Assembly (NCBI GenBank): GCA_036400935.1
Contig: DASWWW010000002.1
Span: 137,529 to 201,528 of the forward strand
Direction: 5' to 3'
Origin: Minisyncoccota bacterium
Lineage (GTDB): Bacteria > Patescibacteriota > Minisyncoccia > Phycocordibacterales > UBA6065
DNA length: 64,000 nt
Below, piece by piece: positions 1 through 9,241 of this stretch. The position numbers were made by a program, and so were the translations under genes. Within the stretch, counting starts at the first letter, position 1; every line of letters starts with the position of its first letter. The notes under the pieces were generated by a model. It had not been told where the DNA came from, did not search any database, and saw nothing but the letters and a program-made list of their open reading frames with translations.

Positions 1-964
1 GCGCGATGGCAACAGGCGCCTCCGACTGCGGGCCTACGTTCTCGGACGGATAATTGAAGCAGTACAGGGTCGCCACGTCCGGATCGTACGGCGTGTCCTC
101 CGTATTGAAAGAATAGCTATTGTTGCCCTGGTCTATGAGCGCGACAGGTTTGCCGTTGAGCGTCTCTGGGTACGAGACAGTATAGCCGTTCGCGAGATCG
201 GCCACTTGCGTGCCGACCGCCTGGCCCGGAAGCCTCCTGCCCTTGTTAATATGCGTCAGATAGTCGTCGGCGCCGTCGTAAGCGGGATCAATCAGAAATT
301 CAACCGGCCAAACCGTCTTGAAAGGAGCGATGTATTTCACCTCCGAATCCTTCCTCCAGACAGTCGCCGAGACCGGCGCGCCGTCAAGGCTCCTTTCCAC
401 CGATATTTTCTCTATGCCCACCTTCTGCTTTGCCGTCTCGATCACCTCCCTGTCCGAGCCCTTCGCGTATAGCTCAAGCGGAACGTACTCCGTAATGTTG
501 ACCTCCTGATAGCGATACGCCCAATCGACCTGCTTGCGCGGGAAAGGATGGCCGCCGTACCCTTCCGCCACGTAGAGAATGCCGTCGTACATGAAAACCA
601 TATCCGGCTGCTTGTCATAGGTGCCATTGCCCCACAGCTTCGTCGTATGACCGAAATACAATTTCGAATCGCCGAGGTCGATCTCAAAAATTCCGTCCCA
701 GCTGATCTTGAGAAATCGCATCATGCTATTGCGGCTCTTGTAGTTCGACTCTACCGCCGCGAGGTTCTTTATCGACGACGGGTCGAGCACGATATCGACA
801 TGCTGAAGCCTCTTGTCCGCGTCGACGTCTCGGATCTGCGGCACGCGCGGCTCGTGTGTGCCGTCGGTTTTTGCCAAATGGCCAAGAGTCATTCCCCACC
901 ACGCCACGACGACCGCCATCATCAAGCTGCCCAATGCGAGTACGAAAAGTTTTTTATGCTTCAT
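1..964 (-). CDS. secreted hypothetical protein; N-terminal ~321 aa, gene continues past the window start
   Basis: Manual translation of the minus strand from ATG at 964 gives MKHKKLFVLALGSLMMAVVVAWWGMTLGHLAKTDG... with no stop before position 1. It has a signal-peptide-like N-terminus and protein-like composition. It is missing from the ORF track because it is edge-truncated. Confidence 0.55.
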   Translation of the reverse strand, partial: MKHKKLFVLALGSLMMAVVVAWWGMTLGHLAKTDGTHEPRVPQIRDVDADKRLQHVDIVLDPSSIKNLAAVESNYKSRNSMMRFLKISWDGIFEIDLGDSKLYFGHTTKLWGNGTYDKQPDMVFMYDGILYVAEGYGGHPFPRKQVDWAYRYQEVNITEYVPLELYAKGSDREVIETAKQKVGIEKISVERSLDGAPVSATVWRKDSEVKYIAPFKTVWPVEFLIDPAYDGADDYLTHINKGRRLPGQAVGTQVADLANGYTVSYPETLNGKPVALIDQGNNSYSFNTEDTPYDPDVATLYCFNYPSENVGPQSEAPVAIA

Positions 965-1028
965 ATGCAAACGTTAGTATGCGCTAACGATATCACAGAA
1001 TTCGTGCCACGATTATACTTTTTCTGAA

Positions 1029-1065
1029 ATATCGAACTGGACGTATTTTGCGCACAGTTCGATAT
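1029..1065. promoter_or_regulatory. 11-bp perfect inverted repeat ATATCGAACTG-N15-CAGTTCGATAT next to a TATAAT element, upstream of the secreted-protein gene
   Basis: Read directly from the sequence. On the minus strand the right arm is followed by TATAAT (plus 1012-1017), about 45 nt before the ATG at 964. Confidence 0.4.
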
Positions 1066-1107
1066 TCAAGAAAACACACGCCCGACAGTGCATACGCGCA
1101 GCCCGGA

Positions 1108-1135
1108 TAGCAAAAGCCGCGCCTTGCGGCGCGGC
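1108..1135 (-). terminator. intrinsic terminator after khpA
   Basis: GCCGCGCC-TTGC-GGCGCGGC hairpin, followed on the minus strand by a U-run. Confidence 0.55.
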
Positions 1136-1160
1136 CAATGCTTGCCCAGATAGGCCGATA

Positions 1161-1475
1161 TTAGAGATTGAGATCCGCCATCGCCTCGTCGACAGTCTTT
1201 GTCGCCTTCGACTCCTTTGGAGCTGCGCCGAGAGGCTCTGAAATCTTGAGGTTCACGCGCGAGTTGTTCTTCATTCCGACGATTCGGAGAAGAGTTCGAA
1301 TAGCCTTCGCGGTGTTTCCCTCGCGGCCGATGATCTTGCCCATGTCGGCAGGATTTACGTCGAGGGTAAGGAGGACGCCCATCTCGTCCACGGTTCGGAC
1401 GATCTTTACGTCGCTAGGGTTGTCTACGAGAGCCTTTATGAGATAGTCGAGAAATTTTGCGTCGTTTTCTGTCAT
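1161..1475 (-). CDS. khpA: KH-domain RNA-binding protein (KhpA/YlqC family)
   Basis: GKIIGREGNTAKAIRTL KH motif. The gene sits immediately downstream of rpsP, which is the conserved rpsP-khpA arrangement. Confidence 0.8.
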   Translation of the reverse strand: MTENDAKFLDYLIKALVDNPSDVKIVRTVDEMGVLLTLDVNPADMGKIIGREGNTAKAIRTLLRIVGMKNNSRVNLKISEPLGAAPKESKATKTVDEAMADLNL

Positions 1476-1582
1476 AGTGTTTGAGTTAACGGGATTAATC
1501 GAGCAGATACGCTCTGTTTTTCATTGTAGCACTCTGAAATGAAAAGAAAACTGCCCCTGTGGGCAATTTTCCTTTCGTCTAT

Positions 1583-1939
1583 TTAAGCCTTTGGAGCTTC
1601 TGCTGGGGCTGCTGCCGGAGTCGGAGCGGCTGCCGCTGCTGCCTTTGGATCTACGGGCTTGGCGATAGGCTTCTTGAGCGGGAGGTTGTTCACCTTCTTA
1701 CCTGGGATAACCTTCGTAGCTACGAGCCAGTTGTGGACTGTGTCAGAGAGCTTTGCGCCGTTGGCGATGAGCTGCTTGACTCGGTCTGCCTTGATCTCCT
1801 TTACATCGTTTACAGGATCGTATACGCCGAGGATCTCGAGGAACTTGCCGCTCTTGGTTGAATTCTTTGATTCCGTCAAAACCACGCGGAAAGTCGGGAC
1901 ATTTACGCGGCCGACACGCTGTAATCGAATTTTGAGCAT
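1583..1939 (-). CDS. rpsP: 30S ribosomal protein S16 with an Ala/Pro/Lys-rich C-terminal tail
   Basis: MLKIRLQRVGRVNVPTFRVV is the canonical S16 N-terminus. Confidence 0.9.
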   Translation of the reverse strand: MLKIRLQRVGRVNVPTFRVVLTESKNSTKSGKFLEILGVYDPVNDVKEIKADRVKQLIANGAKLSDTVHNWLVATKVIPGKKVNNLPLKKPIAKPVDPKAAAAAAPTPAAAPAEAPKA

Positions 1940-2018
1940 ATTTTTTAGGTAGGCTAGATATTAGCAGAAGCCCGGCAAATCGTCAATATAATCATAAAAA
2001 AGCCGCCCGTTAGGGTGG

Positions 2019-3170
2019 CTATGGGGTCGCCTCGCGCTCCCCCAGGACGATGCTGCGCTGGAGACTCAAATTTAACGTAATGAACTTGATGCCGGCCTCG
2101 TAGCCGGTGCTCTTGAACCAGTGCCTGGCCCAATTCTCCAGCTTGGCTTCAGCGGCATCTCGCACGGATTTGTCCCGCCGATCCATCAGATTGCTCCACT
2201 GAAGGTTTATGACAACGGCATCAGTCTCCGGATACTCGATCTGATAATGCCAGAGGGTAAACTCTCGCTCGTCGAGCCCGGGGACTTCTTTCAATTGCCC
2301 CACGGTCGGGAGATCCTTCTCCTTAACGCTCAAGAATATCTTGAGCGCTTCCTCGACTGCCAAAAGGTCCTTCAACGCCATCTCGAAATAGTCGAAGCGG
2401 GCCGAATTGGCGATCTTGTCGAGAAAGCACAGCTCGCGAAGCGCCTCGGTGGCGGAAAGCTCCGAAAGCCTACATCTCGACACGGCATGAGTCATGTAAA
2501 GCCGAAGCCTCGGATCCTCAAAATGCCATCCATTTATCTCGGCGGCGACAGTCGCCCTCGAATCGGCAGGCACCTGGCTGATCATATGTTTTGCAAGCTC
2601 CTTTAATCGCTCCGCATCTATGTGATAGGAGTACTTTCGCTGTGCGAACATGCACAGCACGCTGTCGATATCGATTTGCAACGGCTGTAGACGCCTGAGC
2701 TCGTCCCAAAGATGAACTCGCAGTCTCGGGAATGCGGGCTGATCGTCGCCGTTTGCCTCCTTGGCGGGCATCGCCTTGATTTTGTCACGAATTCCATAGG
2801 GTAAATCGCCCAAAAGGATTTTTATCATGCCGATAGTTTTCGCTTGAAATCTCAGCCACGTCTCGCTGTCAGTATGCAACTCGAAACCGGTGTGGGCTGC
2901 AGCAAGCGCCGTCGCCGGTCGGACCTCCGTCGACCTGATATTGTCCTTAAAAAACATATCTCGCTCAGCCGCGACAAGAACGCTGAACAGAGAGATGGCT
3001 ACTGTGTCGTCCAGCCTCCTTAGGGCGTCATTGAACGAGATGCGGGCGAGATTATTCGCCTGAACTGGATCCTTTACTTCTTCGAGAACACTCCCCAAGG
3101 TGAATTGCTTGTTCTCTTGCGCCACTTGATACGCCTTGGCGTACCGTTGAATAACCAAACTCTTTTCCAT
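2019..3170 (-). CDS. hypothetical protein (383 aa)
   Basis: Long intact ORF with protein-like composition lying between rpsP and rnr. I recognise no motif. Confidence 0.6.
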   Translation of the reverse strand: MEKSLVIQRYAKAYQVAQENKQFTLGSVLEEVKDPVQANNLARISFNDALRRLDDTVAISLFSVLVAAERDMFFKDNIRSTEVRPATALAAAHTGFELHTDSETWLRFQAKTIGMIKILLGDLPYGIRDKIKAMPAKEANGDDQPAFPRLRVHLWDELRRLQPLQIDIDSVLCMFAQRKYSYHIDAERLKELAKHMISQVPADSRATVAAEINGWHFEDPRLRLYMTHAVSRCRLSELSATEALRELCFLDKIANSARFDYFEMALKDLLAVEEALKIFLSVKEKDLPTVGQLKEVPGLDEREFTLWHYQIEYPETDAVVINLQWSNLMDRRDKSVRDAAEAKLENWARHWFKSTGYEAGIKFITLNLSLQRSIVLGEREATP

Positions 3171-3335
3171 TGTCTGCTTTCCGGGCCAAAGCCCTATGCT
3201 GAAACTCTTTCCAGAGAAAGAGGCTTATGCAAGGTCCGCCCAGAGGCGGCTCCATAAGCTTTAGTGGTCTATCAATGAGCGGAGTGCCCACGGATTCCAT
3301 TGCTAAAGCTACTCTTTTGTGGGCTTTAGTCAAAC

Positions 3336-5312
3336 GTGCGCGCGAATGCTGCAGAAAGTAGCAAAATAGGCCATTTTTGCTATAGTGAACAGCAAATGAA
3401 ACAAACTTTTATCGGTACAGTTAGCGTTAATTCTAAAGGCATCGGATTCATCGAGAATCCAGCAGACAAGCAGGGCGAGGACGTAGAGATTCCACAGAAT
3501 CTCCTCCACACCGCCCTTCACAGGGACCAGGTCGAAGTAGCTCTCCAGCCAAAGCGCGGAACCTTCCGCCAGACGGCAGAGGTAGTAAAAATTATCCAGC
3601 GCGCAAAGATCCGCTTTGCGGGCGTTTTGGAGCAGGCCAAGAACGGCTTCGCATTCATCGCCGACGACAAGAGGCTCTATCAGGACATCTTCATCCCGAC
3701 CGCAGCGAGCATGAAGGCAAAGCCCGGCGACAAGGTATACATCGAGCTCACCGAATGGAATGAGAAGCTTTACCCTATCGGCAAGGTCATCGAGATCATC
3801 GGCCGCCACGGCGAGCACAATGCGGAGATGCGCGCCATCGTTTTGGAGCGAGGCCTCGCATACGACTTCCCCGCCCAGGTCCAGCAGGAGGCAGAATCCA
3901 TCGGCAAGAAGGAGAAGCACATAACCAAGGAAGAGCGCGCATCCCGCCGCGATTTCAGCGACGTTCCTACCTTTACCATCGACCCAGTCGACGCAAAAGA
4001 CTTCGACGACGCGATCTCGTTCAAGGAATTGCCAGGAGGCCTCTATGAGATCGGCGTGCACATCGCCGACGTATCTCACTATGTCCGCGAAGGCACGGCC
4101 CTCGACGCCGAGGCCCGCGAGCGCGGCATGTCGATCTACCTCGTAGACCGAACCATCCCGATGCTCCCGGAAGTCCTCTCGAACGACCTCTGCTCCCTCA
4201 ACCCTAACGAGGAGAAGCTCACATTCTCGTCCGTCTTTATCATGAACGACAACGGCGACGTGCTCGAGCGCTGGTTCGGCAAGACCATCATCAAGTCGTG
4301 GAAGCGCTTCACCTACGAGGCAGCCCAGGAAGTGCTCGAGGGCAAGTCAAAGGAGTACTCGAAGGAACTTTTGAAGCTCAATTCGATCGCCAAGAAACTC
4401 AAGGCGGTAAAGGAAGCCTCTGGAGCAATCGATTTCGAGACCGACGAGGTCAAATTCGAGCTCGACGCGACCGGCCGCCCTATCCGCATATACAAGAAGA
4501 CCCGAAAGGACGCGCACAAGCTCGTCGAGGAATACATGCTTCTTTCAAATCGCGAGGTAGCGCACTTCATGTGGAAGGCTAATGCGAAAAACAACGGCGC
4601 CTTCCTCTATCGCGTCCACGACGTGCCTGTCATCGAGAAGATCGACAACCTCATCACCCTCGTAAAGGCCCTCGGATACAACCTCCCCGTCACCAAGAAA
4701 GGCATCGCCGTAAAGGATCTCAAGAAATTGTTTACGGAGGCTGCAGGCACCGCAGAGGAATCATTAATCAAGACCGCAGCCGTCCGATCGATGGCTAAGG
4801 CCGTCTATTCTACGACCAATATCGGCCACTACGGACTGGCTTTCGAGTACTATACCCACTTCACCTCGCCTATCCGACGATACGCAGACCTCATCGTCCA
4901 CCGCCTCCTTTTCCGCGAGCTGACCAAGGGCAAGATCACCCAGGGCGAGGCTACCAAGTTCCAGAAGATCGCCGAGGACAACTCGGAAAAGGAAATCCGC
5001 GCATCAGAGGCAGAGCGTGCTTCCATCAAGTACAAGCAGGTTGAGTACATGAAGGAGCACATCGGCGAGACCTTCAACGGCACCATCACCGGCGTGACCC
5101 AGTGGGGCATGTACGTCGAGGACAAGGAGACAAAATGCGAAGGCATGATCTCATTGCGAACCATGACCGACGACTTCTACAAGTGGAACGAAAAGACCTA
5201 TTCCATCACCGGCGAGAAGACCAAGAAGAAATATACCCTCGGTGACTCCGTAAAGTTCAAGATCGTCGCGGCTGACATGGAAAAGAAGACGCTCGATTAC
5301 GTGCTGGCGTAA
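3336..5312 (+). CDS. rnr: ribonuclease R / RNase II family exoribonuclease
   Basis: RNB-domain motifs HIADVSHYV and SPIRRYADLIVHR, plus a C-terminal S1-like domain. The true start may be the MKQTF ATG at 3396. Confidence 0.85.
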   Translation: MRANAAESSKIGHFCYSEQQMKQTFIGTVSVNSKGIGFIENPADKQGEDVEIPQNLLHTALHRDQVEVALQPKRGTFRQTAEVVKIIQRAKIRFAGVLEQAKNGFAFIADDKRLYQDIFIPTAASMKAKPGDKVYIELTEWNEKLYPIGKVIEIIGRHGEHNAEMRAIVLERGLAYDFPAQVQQEAESIGKKEKHITKEERASRRDFSDVPTFTIDPVDAKDFDDAISFKELPGGLYEIGVHIADVSHYVREGTALDAEARERGMSIYLVDRTIPMLPEVLSNDLCSLNPNEEKLTFSSVFIMNDNGDVLERWFGKTIIKSWKRFTYEAAQEVLEGKSKEYSKELLKLNSIAKKLKAVKEASGAIDFETDEVKFELDATGRPIRIYKKTRKDAHKLVEEYMLLSNREVAHFMWKANAKNNGAFLYRVHDVPVIEKIDNLITLVKALGYNLPVTKKGIAVKDLKKLFTEAAGTAEESLIKTAAVRSMAKAVYSTTNIGHYGLAFEYYTHFTSPIRRYADLIVHRLLFRELTKGKITQGEATKFQKIAEDNSEKEIRASEAERASIKYKQVEYMKEHIGETFNGTITGVTQWGMYVEDKETKCEGMISLRTMTDDFYKWNEKTYSITGEKTKKKYTLGDSVKFKIVAADMEKKTLDYVLA

Positions 5313-5337
5313 GATCCGCCCCGCTCGTTATTTCCAT

Positions 5338-5372
5338 AAAAAAAATCCCTGCGCTATTGCGGGGATTTTGCT
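5338..5372 (+). terminator. intrinsic terminator after rnr
   Basis: ATCCCTGC-GCTATT-GCGGGGAT hairpin followed by TTTTGCTT. Confidence 0.5.
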
Positions 5373-5821
5373 TGCCGGTAGACGGTGACGACGGTGTCAT
5401 TATCTACCCGGCCGACTGAACCGAGATTAAAATCGGCCTCAGAAGAGCCTGGCAGGACCTCGATGATGGCGACATTGCCGAAATGCGCCTGCCGATCGCC
5501 GAAATTCTGGGACACGTTGCCGGACAGCTTCCTGCCTCGGTAGCTGGGGAGCTCGAATGCTTCGCCCTCGCATACCTCGCTGAAAGGCACCTGAGATCGG
5601 GGCACGAGCGTCCAGAAGCCCACATCATCCATCTGTATTTGCCGCAAAACCTGAAGTCGTGCGAGCGCCTTCAGAAGCACAGGCATGGACGTGTTAGGCG
5701 GCACTTTGCAGAAGAGGTCGCTGATCGACAGCGGCTTGCCGATATTCGCTTTGAGGACATCGATGATCCGCTGCTCTGGGGCTGGAGGTATAACCACTGA
5801 CGGGGGAGCTGATTGACTCAT
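5354..5821 (-). CDS. hypothetical protein (155 aa) immediately downstream of smc on the same strand; possible winged-helix N-terminus
   Basis: Intact ORF, 98 bp after the smc stop. The N-terminal region IIDVLKANIGKPLSISDLFCKV looks wHTH-like; this is my impression only. Confidence 0.5.
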   Translation of the reverse strand: MSQSAPPSVVIPPAPEQRIIDVLKANIGKPLSISDLFCKVPPNTSMPVLLKALARLQVLRQIQMDDVGFWTLVPRSQVPFSEVCEGEAFELPSYRGRKLSGNVSQNFGDRQAHFGNVAIIEVLPGSSEADFNLGSVGRVDNDTVVTVYRQAKSPQ

Positions 5822-5919
5822 GGTATGGAAAGAAAACAGTTGACCGACTCGGGATTACCTTGCCAGACTACCCCGCCCTGTATTTTTTGCAAGAAAAAAG
5901 CACCCCGACCGGGCGCCTT

Positions 5920-8190
5920 CTATTTTGCCACCGCCAACGCCTCGTTAAACGCGATCGACAGCAGCTTCGAGTATCCTTCGCGGCCCATAGTGACTCCGTA
6001 GAGCACTCCTGCGCGGCCCATGGTCTCTCGGTTGTGGGTGATGACGATGAGCTGCGACGATTTCGCGAGGCCTTCCACCATGTCGCCGTACTTCTTCGAG
6101 TTCGCCTCGTCGAGGGCGGCGTCTGTCTCGTCCAATATGATAAATGGCGGCGGATTGACCTGAGAGATCGCGAACAAAAGCGCGATAGACGTGAGTGCGC
6201 GCTCGCCTCCCGAAAGCATTTCGAGAGCCTTGATCTTCTTGCGCGGCAAATTCACCTGAATGTCGACACCAAGCTCTGTCTCTTCCGGCTCGTCCTCCTC
6301 GCCTCCTGCGCCGATACCCATTTCTGCCATTTCCTCGGGGGAAAGCTGGCGGCGGCGCTTCTTTTCGCGGACGACGGCAAGGGACGCCTCGCCGCCGCCG
6401 AACATGAGCGCGAAATACTCCTTAAACTGATTGTTTATTTTTGAAATTCCTTCTGAAAAAAGCGTATCGAGCTTCACCTCGAGGTCCTTTATGAGAGTTG
6501 TGAGGGAATTCGCCGAATTCTCGAGGTCGAGAAGCTCGCGCGCCAAAAATTCGTCTCGCTCAGTCGTCTCCTTGAACTCCTTCATGACCTCGCCCGGCGA
6601 GACCGCGCCTGAATCCTCGAGGCGAATCTTTATCTTCTCGATATTCTTGCGGCGATCCTCCTGGGCGTGGCGCTCTTCGGCAGGATGCACGGTCGCATCT
6701 GACTCGTACGCGTAGATATCGCGGCCGATCAGTATCGCGCCCTCCTCGACCTCCCTCTTGAAATCCTCTTTCTCAAGGCGAAGCTTCTCCTCGCGCACGC
6801 GCAGGACGCCGAGCTTGCCGCGTATCTCGTTCTCCTCGGCCATGATGCGGAACATCGCCTTTTCGGCGTCGCGAGAGCTGTCTTTCTCCTTCTCGATGCC
6901 CGCGCGCAATGCGCCATAGGCGTCCGACAGCCTCGCCAGCTCGGATTCCTTCTCCTTCGCCTCGGCGTCGGCATCGGTCTTGCGGCTGCGGAGGATCTCT
7001 ATCTCCTTCTCGAGGTCTCCGGCACGATTCTCCGCCTTGGTATTCTTGTTCGACTCGAGGAAAGCCTTGAGGGACGCGCGAATTTTCGCCAAGACGCCTC
7101 GAATAGCGCCCATGTCAGACGAGGTCTCGATATCCGTGGCCAATCCATCTACGTGCGCGACCAACTCCTTTACCTTGGCGTATTCGACAGTCGTAATCTC
7201 GGCCTGAGCGCTCTGCCTTTCTCGGGCAAGCATCCTCTCGAGGCTTCCGATCTCTCCCTCGATGCGGCCGATAGTGCGGGTAATCTCGTCGCGGGACGCG
7301 CGGACTGTCTTCAGGTTCGATTCAAGCTCGATCAGCTCGCTCGACTTTACGTCCTTGTGCTTCGAGTCCTCCAGGACCTTCTTGGCGAGGGCAAGCTCCT
7401 TTTCGAGGCGCTCCAAATCCTGCTTTGGCTGCGCGCTCTCGGTCGCCAACGCCTTTTCCGTGGCGGAAAGGTAGTCGGACTCGCGCCTGAGGTACTCCTT
7501 GTATACGTTGCGCAATTCCTCGCGCAAGGCGATGGTCTTCTCGACCTTCTCCACCTGCTTTTTCAAAAATTTGAGATGAGGCGCGATCTCCTTTCGCAAG
7601 GATTCGACCTTGTCCATATTCTCGCGCGTCTTTACGAGCTTTCGCTCGCTCTCTTCGCGCTTGTACTGGAAGACCTTGAGGCCGAGGGCGTCCTCGATCA
7701 TCTCGCGGCGCTCCTTGATGTTGGCATTCAAAATGCGGTCCGCCTCGCCCTGGGAAATGATGTGGTGTCCTGAGCTGCCGATGTGGGCGCCGGCGAGCAG
7801 TTCGGTGATATCGCGCAAGCGTACGGCCGACCCGTTGATGAAATACTCGGAAAGAGAGTCGCGATGGATGACGCGCTCGATCGTGACCTCGTCGAAGTCG
7901 ATATTAAGGAGTCTTTTGCCATTCTTCAGGCTGTTATCAAAGACGAGCTTTACCGAAGCGCGGTTGCCTCGCGGCGAATTCTCGCCTCCGTTGAAGATGA
8001 GGTCCTCGGTACGCTTTCCGCGCATCGACTTTATGGACTGCTCACCCAGTACGAAGCGGAAAGCCTCGGCGACGTTCGATTTGCCGGAGCCGTTAGGGCC
8101 CACGACCGCCGTTACGGGCGCATTGAATTCGAGATTCGCCTTCTTGGCGAAAGACTTGAAGCCGGTAAGCTCGAGGGATTTCAGATGCAT
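5920..8190 (-). CDS. smc: SMC-family chromosome-segregation ATPase, short form (756 aa) with no recognisable hinge domain
   Basis: N-terminus MHLKSLELTGFKSFAKK...GPNGSGKSNVAEAFRFVLGEQS carries the Walker A. C-terminus LSGGERALTSIALLFAI...ILDETDAALD carries the signature and Walker B. Everything in between is coiled-coil. Confidence 0.8.
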   Translation of the reverse strand: MHLKSLELTGFKSFAKKANLEFNAPVTAVVGPNGSGKSNVAEAFRFVLGEQSIKSMRGKRTEDLIFNGGENSPRGNRASVKLVFDNSLKNGKRLLNIDFDEVTIERVIHRDSLSEYFINGSAVRLRDITELLAGAHIGSSGHHIISQGEADRILNANIKERREMIEDALGLKVFQYKREESERKLVKTRENMDKVESLRKEIAPHLKFLKKQVEKVEKTIALREELRNVYKEYLRRESDYLSATEKALATESAQPKQDLERLEKELALAKKVLEDSKHKDVKSSELIELESNLKTVRASRDEITRTIGRIEGEIGSLERMLARERQSAQAEITTVEYAKVKELVAHVDGLATDIETSSDMGAIRGVLAKIRASLKAFLESNKNTKAENRAGDLEKEIEILRSRKTDADAEAKEKESELARLSDAYGALRAGIEKEKDSSRDAEKAMFRIMAEENEIRGKLGVLRVREEKLRLEKEDFKREVEEGAILIGRDIYAYESDATVHPAEERHAQEDRRKNIEKIKIRLEDSGAVSPGEVMKEFKETTERDEFLARELLDLENSANSLTTLIKDLEVKLDTLFSEGISKINNQFKEYFALMFGGGEASLAVVREKKRRRQLSPEEMAEMGIGAGGEEDEPEETELGVDIQVNLPRKKIKALEMLSGGERALTSIALLFAISQVNPPPFIILDETDAALDEANSKKYGDMVEGLAKSSQLIVITHNRETMGRAGVLYGVTMGREGYSKLLSIAFNEALAVAK

Positions 8191-8258
8191 GGGATTTCAG
8201 CCCTATAAATATAGCATGCTCGCGCCGTACCTTACTATATGAGATAGTTATCCGCGGA

Positions 8259-8459
8259 ATGAGTTATTTTAAGTTCTGGCGTAACCTTTTTATCTGGAGC
8301 GGTTTAGCGCTGGCGTCGATCGCTCTCGATATCTGGATAGACTGGATTCCAAGGAAATTCGAGATTGCAGCAATAGTCGTCGGCGTCATCTCCGCGGTCG
8401 CAGTTTGCATATCCGCCATCGGAATGATCGCGTGGGTTTCGAAAAACAAAAAACTATAA
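8259..8459 (+). CDS. small membrane protein (66 aa)
   Basis: Two hydrophobic helices, and a strong terminator follows at 8465-8499. Confidence 0.45.
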   Translation: MSYFKFWRNLFIWSGLALASIALDIWIDWIPRKFEIAAIVVGVISAVAVCISAIGMIAWVSKNKKL

Positions 8460-8464
8460 CGTCA

Positions 8465-8499
8465 CGGCCGGTTCGCGCAAGCGAACCGGCCGTTTTTTA
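8465..8499 (+). terminator. intrinsic terminator
   Basis: CGGCCGGTTCGC-GCAA-GCGAACCGGCCG perfect 12-bp stem followed by TTTTTT. Confidence 0.7.
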
Positions 8500-8521
8500 A
8501 CTATTGAAATTGCGCGGGAGC

Positions 8522-9220
8522 CTACGCCATCCAGCCCTTTGCCTCGAGCGCCTTCAGCGCGGCATTCTGCTCGGCCTCCTGCTTTGACTTGCCTTCGCCC
8601 GTGGCGATCTGATCCTTGCCGATAAGGACGCCGACGGTAAACGACTTGTCATGGTCGGGACCGGCCTCCCTGACGAGCTTGTACGAAGGCGTGATGCCCG
8701 TCTTCTCCTGGGCTTTCTCCTGAAAGAGGCTCTTGGCGTCGACGAGGTTGCCTTTGGCGATCAGCTTGTCTGCGAATACGAGGATATGCTGCTCGATGAA
8801 TGCCTTTGCCTTGTCATAGCCCTGATCGAGGTACAGCGCGCCCGTCACCGCTTCGAAGGTGTTAGCGAGGATGTATTGGCGGGCGCGCCCCGTATCCTTT
8901 GCCTCGCCCTTCGAAAGCAGAAGGTAATCGTTCATAGTGAGGTTTGACGCGACTTCGGCGAGGGTGATCGAGTTTACGAGCGCCGATCGGTACGTAGTGA
9001 GCTCTCCCTCGGGCTTTGTCGGGTACTTTGCGTATAGAAAATTGGTAACGACCAGCTCCAAAACGGCGTCGCCGAGGAACTCGAGGCGCTCGTTGTGCTC
9101 GAACCGGGTGTTCTTGTTCTCGTTTATATACGAACGGTGCGTGAAGGCCTGGCGCAGGAGGTTCTTATCCTTGAACGATATGCCGGCCTTTTCTTCGAAT
9201 TTTGCGAAATTTATATCCAT
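8522..9220 (-). CDS. rnc: ribonuclease III
   Basis: ERLEFLGDAVLELVV RNase III signature, with a dsRBD-like C-terminus. Confidence 0.9.
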   Translation of the reverse strand: MDINFAKFEEKAGISFKDKNLLRQAFTHRSYINENKNTRFEHNERLEFLGDAVLELVVTNFLYAKYPTKPEGELTTYRSALVNSITLAEVASNLTMNDYLLLSKGEAKDTGRARQYILANTFEAVTGALYLDQGYDKAKAFIEQHILVFADKLIAKGNLVDAKSLFQEKAQEKTGITPSYKLVREAGPDHDKSFTVGVLIGKDQIATGEGKSKQEAEQNAALKALEAKGWMA

Positions 9221-9241
9221 TTCCGTATGCGCGGAGCGCTG

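Noticed and set aside
1029-1065. GAAC...GTTC within the inverted repeat, considered as a second LexA (Cheo) box.
   Set aside because: The half-sites are spaced by 19 nt, not the 4 nt required by the Cheo consensus. It is kept only as an unassigned operator candidate.
7153-8242. Multiple ORFs of 200-210 aa antisense to smc.
   Set aside because: They lie entirely within the SMC coiled-coil coding region and are low-complexity (Leu/Arg/Ser-rich). No motifs.
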